From an uncultured Actinomycetes bacterium (lineage in GTDB: Bacteria > Actinomycetota > UBA4738 > JBBDHU01): a DNA stretch of 64,000 nucleotides. The DNA lies in contig CAZXFL010000002.1 in assembly GCA_964640385.1 (NCBI GenBank), positions 27,045 through 91,044 on the forward strand. The letters run 5' to 3'. Shown in pieces: positions 35,480 through 44,005 of this stretch. The stretch's first letter is position 1. Every line of letters starts with the position of its first letter. Under the pieces are notes generated by a model that was given only the letters and a program-made list of their open reading frames with translations, searched no databases and was not told where the DNA came from. The position numbers were made by a program, and so were the translations under genes.

Positions 35480-37603
35480 ATGGAGACCGACGGAGCACGA
35501 CTTGGCCGCCGTGCGAGTCGACCGGCGGGGATCCTCGCGGCGGCGCTCCTCGCGGTGGTGCTCGTTCCGTCACAGGTGTCCGCCGCCACAGAGGATCGCG
35601 TGCCCCGCGCGAATGAAGGGCTGCGCTCGACTCAGATCTCCGTGGGCTACGACCACACCTGCGCGCTCACGCCAGCGGGCGCCGCCGACTGCTGGGGGAA
35701 CGATAGCAACGGCAAGGCGACCGACCAGGCGGGTCCGTACACACAGATCTCTGCGGGCAACGACCACACCTGTGCGCTCACGCCCGCAGGCGCCGCCGAC
35801 TGCTGGGGGAACAACGGCAGCGGCCAGGCGACGGACCAGGCCGGGCCGTACACGCAGATCTCCGCGGGAGGCGACCACGCCTGCGCGCTTATGCCCAGCG
35901 GGGCTGCCGACTGCTGGGGGAACAACGGCAGCGGCGAGGCGACCGACCAGGCGGGCCCGTACACGCAGATCTCCGCAGGAGGCGACCACACCTGCGCACT
36001 TATGCCCAGCGGAGCTGCCGACTGCTGGGGGAACGACGTCGCGGGCGAGGGGACCGACCAGGCGGGTCCGTACATACAGATCTCCGCAGGCAACTCACAC
36101 AACTGCGCGCTCACCCCCACGGGGGCCGCTGACTGCTGGGGGAACAACGTCTTGGGTCAAGCGACCGATCAGGCGGGCCCGTACACCCAGGTCTCTGCCG
36201 GGAGCGCCCACACCTGTGCGCTTATGCTCAGCGGGGCTGCCGACTGCTGGGGGAACAACGGCGAGGGCGAATCAACCGACCAGACGGGCCCCTTCACCCA
36301 GATCTCCGCGGGTGGTCGCCACACCTGCAGTCTTACTCCCGCGGGGGCCGCCGACTGCTGGGGGTGGAACGCATGGGGCCAGTCGACCGACAAGCTGGGG
36401 CCGTACGGAAGTCTGGCGATCTCTACCGGCAGCGAACACACTTGCGCGCTTACACAGGCGGGCGCTGCGGACTGCTGGGGGTCCAACAGCAACGGCCAGG
36501 CCGCTGATCAGGCTGGGCCCTACTCGCAGATCTCCGCGGGCTGGCGGCACACGTGCGCACTCACCCCCTCGGGAGCCGGTGACTGCTGGGGGTCGAACTC
36601 CGATGGCCAAGCGGTTAACCAGATCGGCCCGTATGCTCAGATCTCGGCGGGCGTTGTGCACACCTGCGCACTAACAGCGGTGGGGGCCGCGGACTGCTGG
36701 GGGAGCAACGCGAACGGCCAGGCGACCGACCAGCCCGGCCCCTTCGCCGCGATGTCCGCCGGCGAGTACCACAACTGCGCGCTTACCGCTGCGGGCACGG
36801 CTGACTGCTGGGGATTGGACACCTACGGGCAGGCGACGGACCAGGTGGGTCCATACACGCAGATATCGGGTGGCAGCTATCACACATGCGCCCTCACTCC
36901 GGCGGGCGCCGCCGACTGCTGGGGGTTCAACGGCAACGGCGCGGCAACCGACCAAGCGGGGCCCTACGCGCAGATATCCGCAGGCGAATCCCACACCTGC
37001 GCGCTCACGCCCGCAGGAGCCGCTGACTGTTGGGGGTTGAACGGCGACGGGCAAGCGACCGATCAGGCCGGCCCGTTCACCCAGATCTCCCCGGGCGGCT
37101 CCCATACCTGCGCGCTCACGCCGGCCGGCGCCGCCGACTGCTGGGGGTCCAACACCTCCAATCAGTCCGACACCGAGACACATCAGCCCGACGGACTCAT
37201 CAAGTGTCCGGGCCAAGCCTTCACAGGCAACGGCATCTACAACGATACCGGGCAGGGCCAGAGCTGCACCGCGAAACGCAAAGCAAGGAGGTCGGAGTCC
37301 TTCCAGATGCGGTTCCAGAACGACGGTAGCGACACCGACACCTTCACGATCGAGGGCCCCGCGGCAGGAGGCAAGTTCACGGTGACGTACACGGCCGGAG
37401 CGACCAACGTGACGGCGGCCGTGACAGGCGGGACCTATCTGGTGGCCGTCGGGCCCGGTGGGCAGACGGCGCTCTCGGTCCGTATCAAGCCGAAGCCATC
37501 TGCGAAGAGGGGCAACGTTCAACAAGCGCTCGTGGATGCGACCTCGGCCCACGACCCAGGGGAGTCGGACGCGGTGAAGGCCACGGTCAAGGTCATCAAC
37601 TAA
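35480..37603 (+). CDS. Secreted RCC1-like repeat protein (14 x about 37-aa repeats) with a C-terminal QPDG/QNDGS beta-sandwich-like domain
   Basis: Signal peptide ...LLAVVLVPSQVSAA. Repeats follow the form ISAGxxHTCALTPAGAADCWGxNxxGQATDQAGPYTQ. The C-terminal 145 aa are homologous to the protein at 21934..22446. Confidence 0.9.
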   Translation: METDGARLGRRASRPAGILAAALLAVVLVPSQVSAATEDRVPRANEGLRSTQISVGYDHTCALTPAGAADCWGNDSNGKATDQAGPYTQISAGNDHTCALTPAGAADCWGNNGSGQATDQAGPYTQISAGGDHACALMPSGAADCWGNNGSGEATDQAGPYTQISAGGDHTCALMPSGAADCWGNDVAGEGTDQAGPYIQISAGNSHNCALTPTGAADCWGNNVLGQATDQAGPYTQVSAGSAHTCALMLSGAADCWGNNGEGESTDQTGPFTQISAGGRHTCSLTPAGAADCWGWNAWGQSTDKLGPYGSLAISTGSEHTCALTQAGAADCWGSNSNGQAADQAGPYSQISAGWRHTCALTPSGAGDCWGSNSDGQAVNQIGPYAQISAGVVHTCALTAVGAADCWGSNANGQATDQPGPFAAMSAGEYHNCALTAAGTADCWGLDTYGQATDQVGPYTQISGGSYHTCALTPAGAADCWGFNGNGAATDQAGPYAQISAGESHTCALTPAGAADCWGLNGDGQATDQAGPFTQISPGGSHTCALTPAGAADCWGSNTSNQSDTETHQPDGLIKCPGQAFTGNGIYNDTGQGQSCTAKRKARRSESFQMRFQNDGSDTDTFTIEGPAAGGKFTVTYTAGATNVTAAVTGGTYLVAVGPGGQTALSVRIKPKPSAKRGNVQQALVDATSAHDPGESDAVKATVKVIN
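35630..37165 (+). repeat. Coding tandem repeat, about 111-bp unit x 14 (RCC1-like repeats)
   Basis: gccgactgctggggg recurs at 111-nt spacing. One unit carries a 9-nt insertion (GSL). Confidence 0.9.
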
Positions 37604-37701
37604 CTGATCCTTGCAGCCGACGTTGCGTCGGGCCTACGCCAACCTTGCGCGCTTGGCGGGTGGAGAATAGGCTCTTCGTACCTTTACATGGGAGGCGGAC
37701 T

Positions 37702-37931
37702 ATGGGCGAAGGCACCAAGGACCGTGCCGAAGGCAAGGTCGACGAAGCGAAGGGCAAGGTGAAGGAAACGGTCGGCGAGGTTGTCGATGATCGTTCCCTG
37801 GAGGACGAGGGGCGTGTCGATCAGGCCAAGGGAAAGCTGAAGGAGGCCAAGGCCACGTTAAGGATGCGGCGGAGCACGTCAAAGACGCAGCCAAGAAGGC
37901 GATCGACAGCGCGAAGGACGCGCTTGAATGA
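37702..37931 (+). pseudogene. CsbD-family stress protein with an apparent 1-nt frameshift near 37855
   Basis: Frame 1: MGEGTKDRAEGKVDEAKGKVKETVGEVVDDRSLEDEGRVDQAKGKLKEAKA. Frame +2 continues VKDAAEHVKDAAKKAIDSAKDALE*. The listed ORF instead runs into an Arg-rich tail ending at 38013. GGGAGG RBS before the ATG at 37702. Confidence 0.7.
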
Positions 37932-38009
37932 AGCACGACGGCCGGCCGAGGTCCGGATGAGTCGCGTCGTTCTATCGATGCGCGATCGGCGGATGAACAG
38001 GGGGGCAGC

Positions 38010-38183
38010 ATGATCGGACTTCTGGCAGTTTCCGGCGGGGCCGCAACCCTGTTGTGGGTCCTTGCAGTGGTTCTGGTGATCGCGGGCGTCGTGGCCCTCT
38101 TCCGCGGCCAGGTCCTAGCCGGGATCGCACTGATCATCGTGGGCTTGCTCGTCGGTCCCGGGGGCGTGACCCTCTTCAAGTGA
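38010..38183 (+). CDS. 57-aa two-TM membrane protein (not in the ORF track)
   Basis: MIGLLAVSGGAATLLWVLAVVLVIAGVVALFRGQVLAGIALIIVGLLVGPGGVTLFK. G-rich RBS upstream. Below the 60-aa track threshold. Confidence 0.5.
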   Translation: MIGLLAVSGGAATLLWVLAVVLVIAGVVALFRGQVLAGIALIIVGLLVGPGGVTLFK

Positions 38184-38207
38184 CCCGGCGGGATCGTACC
38201 GCTCGAA

Positions 38208-39515
38208 TCAGCAGGAAACGAAGTGGTTGTTCCCCGAGCCGCCCATGCACGTGTCGTCGCCTCCGCCGCCGTTGAGGTAGTCGCCCCCTGCGTTGCCGAT
38301 GAGGGTGTCCTTCTCCTCGTCGCCGAAGATCCGGTCTCCCTTCGATCCGCCGATGAGCAGGTCCCGCCCATCGCTCCCGCGGAGGACGACCCGGCCGTTG
38401 AACGCCGATGCATCGATCTCGTCGTCGAACTGGGCTCCCCGGAGACGCGCGCGCTCGATCTGACTCAGCGTAGCGATGTCGGCGGGGCCGGTCTGGAGCT
38501 GCGTATCACTGAGGGTCCCGGTGCCGTTGATACTGCCCTTCACGACGTCCGAGCCGCCGTTGCCGTCATAGCTGGGCGTGTCGCCGAGGCTGCGGAAAGT
38601 GTCGGGGCCGCTGCCGCCGAGCAGCATGGTCGTGGGACCGAACGCGAGCAGGTTCGTTCGCTGCGTACGTGCGGTCGCGTCGCCCAGAACGGATACCGCG
38701 ACCTGAACGTTCTCGACGCTGGTGAGCGTGTCGGTTTCGGTCCCGTTCTCGACGATGGTCGTATCGGTCGCGACGACGTTCGCCACGAACTGCGACGACG
38801 TTCGGTCCGTCCCGGGCCCGCCGTCGAGCGTGTCGTTCCCGGTCCCCGGCTCGAACTGGTCGTTGCCGCCGCCGCCGCTTACGATGTCGTCTCCGGAGCC
38901 GGTATTGAGGATGTTCAGGCCGGCGCCTCCCATCACGGTGTCGCCGCCTCCCTTGGCAGCCATGTTGAAGAAGCCGGAGAAGCCGCTCCCGTCGAGGGTG
39001 TCGGGTCCGCTCGTCCCCTGCATGTTCGCGTAGTCGAATCCGCTGAGGGTGCTCAGCTCGCCTATCAGGTTCAGCGAGGTGTCGGTCAGGATCGTCGAGG
39101 TCGAATCCGGCACGTTCAGGAGATCGTTCCCCCCGTTGCCCGCGAGGGTGCCGCCGATGTAGCCGATCCCCAGGATGTCGTCACCGGGCCCCATCATGAC
39201 GTCGACGCCGGTCAATGCGGAGAAATCCGTCGTCGTGACCGAGGTCATGAGCACCAGGTCGCCGCCCGCGCCCATGTTCACCGTGATCGTGGTGATGGAG
39301 CTGCATGGCGTCGGTCCCGGGAACGGCGCCAGGCCGTTGATCAGCAGGTTGCCGCCGGAGCACGTGACGGTTGCACTGTCGTTGCCACCATCACCGGTGA
39401 TGGTTAGGTCGCCACCACTCAGTCCGAAGGTCACGGCCGCGGACGCCGCCGAAGGGATCAGGGCGAGCGAGCTGACGATGAGTGCGATGGTGCCGACGCG
39501 GGCTACGGGCTTCAT
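38208..39515 (-). CDS. Secreted calcium-binding (RTX-like) repeat protein, full-length paralogue
   Basis: Signal peptide MKPVARVGTIALIVSSLALIPSAASA. Many GGxGxD-type units. Ends GGGGDDTCMGGSGNNHFVSC. Confidence 0.85.
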   Translation of the reverse strand: MKPVARVGTIALIVSSLALIPSAASAAVTFGLSGGDLTITGDGGNDSATVTCSGGNLLINGLAPFPGPTPCSSITTITVNMGAGGDLVLMTSVTTTDFSALTGVDVMMGPGDDILGIGYIGGTLAGNGGNDLLNVPDSTSTILTDTSLNLIGELSTLSGFDYANMQGTSGPDTLDGSGFSGFFNMAAKGGGDTVMGGAGLNILNTGSGDDIVSGGGGNDQFEPGTGNDTLDGGPGTDRTSSQFVANVVATDTTIVENGTETDTLTSVENVQVAVSVLGDATARTQRTNLLAFGPTTMLLGGSGPDTFRSLGDTPSYDGNGGSDVVKGSINGTGTLSDTQLQTGPADIATLSQIERARLRGAQFDDEIDASAFNGRVVLRGSDGRDLLIGGSKGDRIFGDEEKDTLIGNAGGDYLNGGGGDDTCMGGSGNNHFVSC

Positions 39516-39619
39516 CGTTGCGATACCTCCTGCTCAAGGGTGGGCCCACGCTAGCGGATAGCGGGCGGTCCTGCACAGCTCGACAGGGGTCGATCTCAGC
39601 AGATCTGGGCTCAGGGGAA

Positions 39620-39744
39620 GGTGGACACGTTGGATCCCAGACGGCACGGAGATGGAGCTGGCCCCCGGAGATTTCGCGGTCATCGAACCCGGGCACGATG
39701 CATGGGTCGTCGGAGCGAACAGCCTCTGGCCGGCGTTCGTCTGA
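39620..39744 (+). pseudogene. Remnant of a small cupin-domain gene (C-terminal about 35 codons, upstream part frameshifted)
   Basis: ...IPDGTEMELAPGDFAVIEPGHDAWVVGANSLWPAFV* matches the usual cupin_2 C-terminus (DGTE.EL.PGD...PGHDAWVVG). A GHVGS piece lies just upstream in another frame. Confidence 0.4.
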
Positions 39745-39756
39745 CGTGCCGATCGG

Positions 39757-40284
39757 CTATCGGCGGACCTTGATCTCCGCGATCACGGCGTCCGGCGGTG
39801 AGAGGCCGCCCTTGCACACGACGGCCAGGGTCACGGATCGAACGTCCCCGTAGGGGCCCGTGGTGTAGGGACGCATCCAGATCACGAACCGATGCGTCAC
39901 GCCGGCCGCGACGGCTGCGCTCTCATAGACCCCGGCTTGCGCGTTCGCCGTGGCGTCGGTCGAACCGTCCGAGATCATCACGGCGGTGCTCGGCGCATCG
40001 ATGGCTGCATCCAAGACGAACGGAGCGGCGTCCGTTCCCACGTTGGTTGCATCCACGAGGAAGAGCCTGAGCTTTGCGCGACGGGCCCTGACGCGAACCC
40101 GCTGGCTCATGCCGGTCGGGTCGAACACGCCGGCGCCGATCTGCGTACCGCCCAACGGCGCGATCACGGCATCCACCGTGCAGTTCGGCGGCACGACCGC
40201 GGATGCCGGAGCGACATCCAGTCCCGCGAACGCGATCGAGATCGCGAGGAGTGAGGAGCTCCGTCGTGCTGTCGACGCTCGCAT
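39757..40284 (-). CDS. Secreted hypothetical protein (possible distant member of the QPDG/QNDGS module family)
   Basis: Signal peptide ...LLAISIAFAGLDVAPASA. Beta-rich composition. Similarity to the module is weak. Confidence 0.65.
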   Translation of the reverse strand: MRASTARRSSSLLAISIAFAGLDVAPASAVVPPNCTVDAVIAPLGGTQIGAGVFDPTGMSQRVRVRARRAKLRLFLVDATNVGTDAAPFVLDAAIDAPSTAVMISDGSTDATANAQAGVYESAAVAAGVTHRFVIWMRPYTTGPYGDVRSVTLAVVCKGGLSPPDAVIAEIKVRR

Positions 40285-40521
40285 GCCCCGAGGTTACGCC
40301 ATGTTCCCGCGGAGGCCTATGGCACTCAGGGTCGCCGTCGGGAGCAGGAGCTGCGCCGGGATCGACCTGGAGGGGGCCAGGTCTGCCGGTCCGAGGTGGT
40401 CAGGCCTCCTCCGACCAATCATGATCAGGGAGGTCTGGAGCATGTCGAGGCCGACGGACTTGCCCAGCGAAGCGGCGTCGGTCACCATCCGTTACCTCGC
40501 TCCGATCCCGAACGTCTGTCC

Positions 40522-41421
40522 CTAGAGGGGTTGCCAGGTGGGGCTTCCGTGGTTGTACGGGAAGTCGTCGAAGGTGAGCTGCTGCTTGTCGGTTCCATCG
40601 AGGCGGATCGTGTACAGGTCGAAGTTGCCGGGTTCGGACCCAACGTAGGCGATCCGGGCGCCATTCGGCGAGTAAGCCGGTGTGTACTGAGTGTAGGAGT
40701 CGTTCGTGATGCGGTCGGTGTGGGTCCCGTCGGCCCCGATCGTGAAGATGTCGTAGGAAACCCCGCGGTCCGAGTCGAACACGATCCGCGCGCTATCGGG
40801 TGACCAGTCGGGCTCCCAGTCGGTCGCGGCGTTAGTGGTCACCTGCCGCCGCCCCGTTCCGTCGGGCTTGATCGTGTAGATGTTCCAGTCGCCGTCTCGG
40901 TCCGTCACGTACGCGATCCGGTCGCCGTCCGCCGCCCACGAGGGGTCGAGGTCGTCGACGCCGTTGTCGGTGATCGGCCGGAGGCCGGTGCCGTCGGGCT
41001 TGATCGAGTACAGCTCCCAATCCGATCCGTCGTAGCGGCTGAATGCGATCCGCGCGCCGCTCGGCGAGAACGCGGGGCTCCGTTCGCTGACCGAGTTCGT
41101 CGTGACCGGCGTTTGCCCCGTTCCGTCGCTGTTCATCGTGTACAACTCGTCGTCGGACCCGTCGTAGTGCGCGAACGCGATGGTGCGCCCGTCCGCGGAA
41201 TAGGCGGGTCCGGTGTCGGTCCCGGGGAGGTTCGACAGGTTCGTCATGTTGGTGCCGTCAGCCCGGATCCGGTCGACCTCGAAGTCTCCGGTCGAGGGGC
41301 TGCTCCAGGCGATCCTTCCGTTCCTGCCGGGGAACGCCGCGTGGGCCGAGTGGGCGCCGAAGAGGATGAGGACGATCGCGAGCGCGAGAGCAGGCACGAG
41401 GACACGACGCATGGGAATCAT
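40522..41421 (-). CDS. Secreted TolB-like beta-propeller protein (PD40/WD40-like repeats)
   Basis: Signal peptide ...ILFGAHSAHA. Repeats follow the form P.(F/W)SPDG.RIAF....DG..(D/E)(I/L)Y....DGTG...(I/L)T. Confidence 0.85.
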   Translation of the reverse strand: MIPMRRVLVPALALAIVLILFGAHSAHAAFPGRNGRIAWSSPSTGDFEVDRIRADGTNMTNLSNLPGTDTGPAYSADGRTIAFAHYDGSDDELYTMNSDGTGQTPVTTNSVSERSPAFSPSGARIAFSRYDGSDWELYSIKPDGTGLRPITDNGVDDLDPSWAADGDRIAYVTDRDGDWNIYTIKPDGTGRRQVTTNAATDWEPDWSPDSARIVFDSDRGVSYDIFTIGADGTHTDRITNDSYTQYTPAYSPNGARIAYVGSEPGNFDLYTIRLDGTDKQQLTFDDFPYNHGSPTWQPL

Positions 41422-41555
41422 CGCAAGTATAGGTCGACCTGTTTTCCCCGTCGATGGGCCTCGCTTGGTGACCCTGAGACCTCGGGCTCGCGGAGTCCCT
41501 TGCGGCCTTCACGGATGCGGATTAGCCTCCTTGTGACGCCAGGAGGCAGGATCAG

Positions 41556-42422
41556 ATGAGGTGGAAGGTTCGGAAGGGACGGGCGCGGCTGGCCGTCGTT
41601 GGAGCCGTCGCGATCGCGATCGGATTGGCATCCCAGCAGGCGATCGTGGCGGGGATGACCGCCATCGGCGGCGTGACGCTCGCGGGGGGCGGCGGGTCGC
41701 TGTGGGACCCCGAGGTCGGTTTCATCTCTTGTGGAGTGGGTCCGGGGTATGTGCCCGTGGCCGACGGAAGCATGGACAACAGCGACGCGTTCGACGGCGG
41801 CCTGAACCTCTCGGTCAACGGGACGTTCTTCAACGTCCCGGACGCGAGCGGGAACCTGAACGGGCAACAGCTCACGGTTGGACCGCGGTCCCTCGACGGA
41901 CTCCGCGTGTCCAGGATCGATCGGGCGCTCGGGACCAGCCCTACGCTGCGGGACCTGGTCAAGTTCCGGAATCCGACCAGTGGCGGGATCGCCGCCACTA
42001 TCGTCCTCGATACGAACCTCGGGGCGAATTCAGCGACCGTGGTGAGATCGAGCAGTGGTGACACGACCTTCACCAAAGCCGATCGGTGGGTGCTCACCGA
42101 CGACGAGGCGACGGATCCGACGGTGACGCACGTCTACTACGGGAAGCAGGCCATGGAGAAGATCGTCGGCGTCCAGGAGGCGCCCGGAGGGGTTCCCGGA
42201 AACGACTGCATCAGGGTGAAGTTCAAGATCACGGTGCCGGCCGGGGGTACGCGATACCTTCTCTTCTTCCTCCAGATGCATGACTCGACGGACCAGGGCG
42301 CCGGGTACGTGGCTTCGAAGAACGACGCGCAGAAGTTCAACGATCCCCGACTGAACGAGAACCTGCTTGTAGGCATCTCCGGTCACACGAAGGCGAAGGT
42401 CATGAACTGGGACCTGTCGTGA
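41556..42422 (+). CDS. Secreted hypothetical protein (288 aa)
   Basis: AGGAGG RBS. N-terminal hydrophobic signal/anchor RLAVVGAVAIAIGLASQQA. No recognised domain. Confidence 0.75.
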   Translation: MRWKVRKGRARLAVVGAVAIAIGLASQQAIVAGMTAIGGVTLAGGGGSLWDPEVGFISCGVGPGYVPVADGSMDNSDAFDGGLNLSVNGTFFNVPDASGNLNGQQLTVGPRSLDGLRVSRIDRALGTSPTLRDLVKFRNPTSGGIAATIVLDTNLGANSATVVRSSSGDTTFTKADRWVLTDDEATDPTVTHVYYGKQAMEKIVGVQEAPGGVPGNDCIRVKFKITVPAGGTRYLLFFLQMHDSTDQGAGYVASKNDAQKFNDPRLNENLLVGISGHTKAKVMNWDLS

Positions 42423-42480
42423 GCCGGCGGTCCGGCCGCCAGTTCTGTTTCCCGTAGGCACGGCCAACCCTATCCACCGG

Positions 42481-42527
42481 ACTACCCGGACACAGGGATG
42501 GCGGCTCTTCGATCGTCCGGGTAGTCT
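42481..42527. repeat. Perfect 12-bp inverted repeat (GACTACCCGGAC ... GTCCGGGTAGTC) with a 23-nt spacer, in a convergent intergenic region
   Basis: Read directly. Further hairpins lie at about 42669-42693 (CCTGAGG/CCTCAGG) and at 42424-42440, just after the stop of the upstream gene. Confidence 0.6.
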
Positions 42528-42791
42528 CGCACGCCAGGCGGGCCTGTCCACACCGCGCGGTGGCGATCAGCGACTTCGTGATCAAGTGCACCCTTTGCGG
42601 TACGTGGCTTGTCGAGAACCCGCCCGTTCCTTGCTCCTGAGGAGCGAGCTCGGGCCACGGAGCCTGAGCCTGAGGTCCAAACTGTCCCTCAGGGCGCGAC
42701 CACGATCCCGGGGGGAGGGGACACGCTCCCTCCGATCATGATCATCCCCGAGGCTGAGCAGACCGCGTAGTTCAGTTTTGCCTTCTCGTTC

Positions 42792-43841
42792 CTATGTCCG
42801 GGGGGCGTTGCCATGCGATCCACCACTGTTTCCGGGCGAACCCCCACTGTGACCGGGCGAACTCCCACTGTTGCCGGGCGAGCCGCCACTGTGACCGGGC
42901 GAGCCGCCACTGTTGCCGGGCGAGCCGCCACTGTTGCCGGGCGAGCCGCCACTGTGACCGGGCGAACCCCCACTGTTGCCGGGCGAATCCGGACTCCTGG
43001 GCTCCGCGCTGACTCCGCCGCCGGTCCCGGCACCACTACCACCGTTCCCATTGGAGCTCCTCTCATCGGCTGCCCCACCCGTGGGACGACCATCGTCTGA
43101 CGAGGGCCGTTGTCGCCCGAGGTGCTGAATGTCGTCCGGCGGCCGCGATGGCTGGTCCGCCGACTCCAGCGCGACGGACGCAACTGACGTGTCGCTGCGC
43201 GCGCTCGGCCCCGAGGCCATGATGGGATCGTCCTCGGGTCGAGAGGGGAACAGCGGATCACCGAACGCGGGAAGGGTAAAGACGGGATCGAAGGCGAACG
43301 GGATGGTGCGGATCGCCGGGAGCATGACAAGCGTCAGCACGAAGAGGAGGAGGAAGGACGCCCCTCCCAACAGCGGCTGATATCGCTGGGCAGGTCGGCG
43401 CCCGAGCGGAACCGTCTCGTCGGCGTGCGGGGACCAACTCACGTAGTTCGGGGGTGCCACCTCCGCGAACCCTGTCGACGGGGTCGCTCGAAGGGTGTGC
43501 TGGCGGTGGGCGGCGCGAACGGCTGTTCCCAATTCACTCGTTGCGTGAGCAGGGTCGACCTGTTCGTCCGCGTCGAACGCGGCGACGTCCGGGGGCCACA
43601 CGACGACGATCCCTGCGCCGGGAGCCAGCCCCCGCGCTGCGACGACGGTCTCGACCGGGGCCTCCGTGCCGAACACGACGACGTCGGGATGCGTGAGGTG
43701 CACGACATCCTGAAGCTCGGTCGACGTGGACGCTTGGCCGCAGAGGTTGAATCCATCCGCCCGAAGGAGGGGGCGGAGGCTTCGTGTCGCGGGTGGGGTA
43801 CCGTCGACGGCGACAACGCGGATCGCCTCGTCTCGGTCCAT
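42792..43841 (-). CDS. Membrane protein with an N-terminal receiver-like (degenerate) domain, one TM, and a low-complexity tail with 8 x SPG(N/H)SGG repeats
   Basis: IRVVAVDGTPP...HPDVVVFGTEAP...GIVVVWPP resembles the REC beta1/beta3/beta4 strands but has Gly where the phospho-Asp is expected. TM segment GGASFLLLFVLTLVMLPAI. Confidence 0.7.
   Translation of the reverse strand: MDRDEAIRVVAVDGTPPATRSLRPLLRADGFNLCGQASTSTELQDVVHLTHPDVVVFGTEAPVETVVAARGLAPGAGIVVVWPPDVAAFDADEQVDPAHATSELGTAVRAAHRQHTLRATPSTGFAEVAPPNYVSWSPHADETVPLGRRPAQRYQPLLGGASFLLLFVLTLVMLPAIRTIPFAFDPVFTLPAFGDPLFPSRPEDDPIMASGPSARSDTSVASVALESADQPSRPPDDIQHLGRQRPSSDDGRPTGGAADERSSNGNGGSGAGTGGGVSAEPRSPDSPGNSGGSPGHSGGSPGNSGGSPGNSGGSPGHSGGSPGNSGSSPGHSGGSPGNSGGSHGNAPRT
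42823..42990 (-). repeat. Coding tandem repeat, 21-bp unit x 8 (ccactgt[tg][ga]ccgggcga[ag]ccg)
   Basis: Units were counted directly at 42823, 42844, 42865, 42886, 42907, 42928, 42949 and 42970. Confidence 0.9.
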
Positions 43842-44005
43842 CGGCTCGGTTGGTCTACCCCCTTCGCCGTTCCCGCACCCAAAGCCATCCTTGTTCCCCG
43901 GGAACCAACTGGCAACCCGAGAGGGCAGAAATCACCCGAACGGACTGGTCCGTGCGCGTCCCCTCAGGCACGCCGGTCTCTGCCCGCGGTAAGGCGGTCG
44001 GGCCG

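Noticed and set aside
35630-37165. Regularly spaced repeats that could superficially suggest a CRISPR array (also 42823..42990).
   Set aside because: The units are contiguous, with no unique spacers. They are in frame and translate into protein repeats (RCC1-like 37-mers and SPGNSGG heptads). No cas genes are present in the window.
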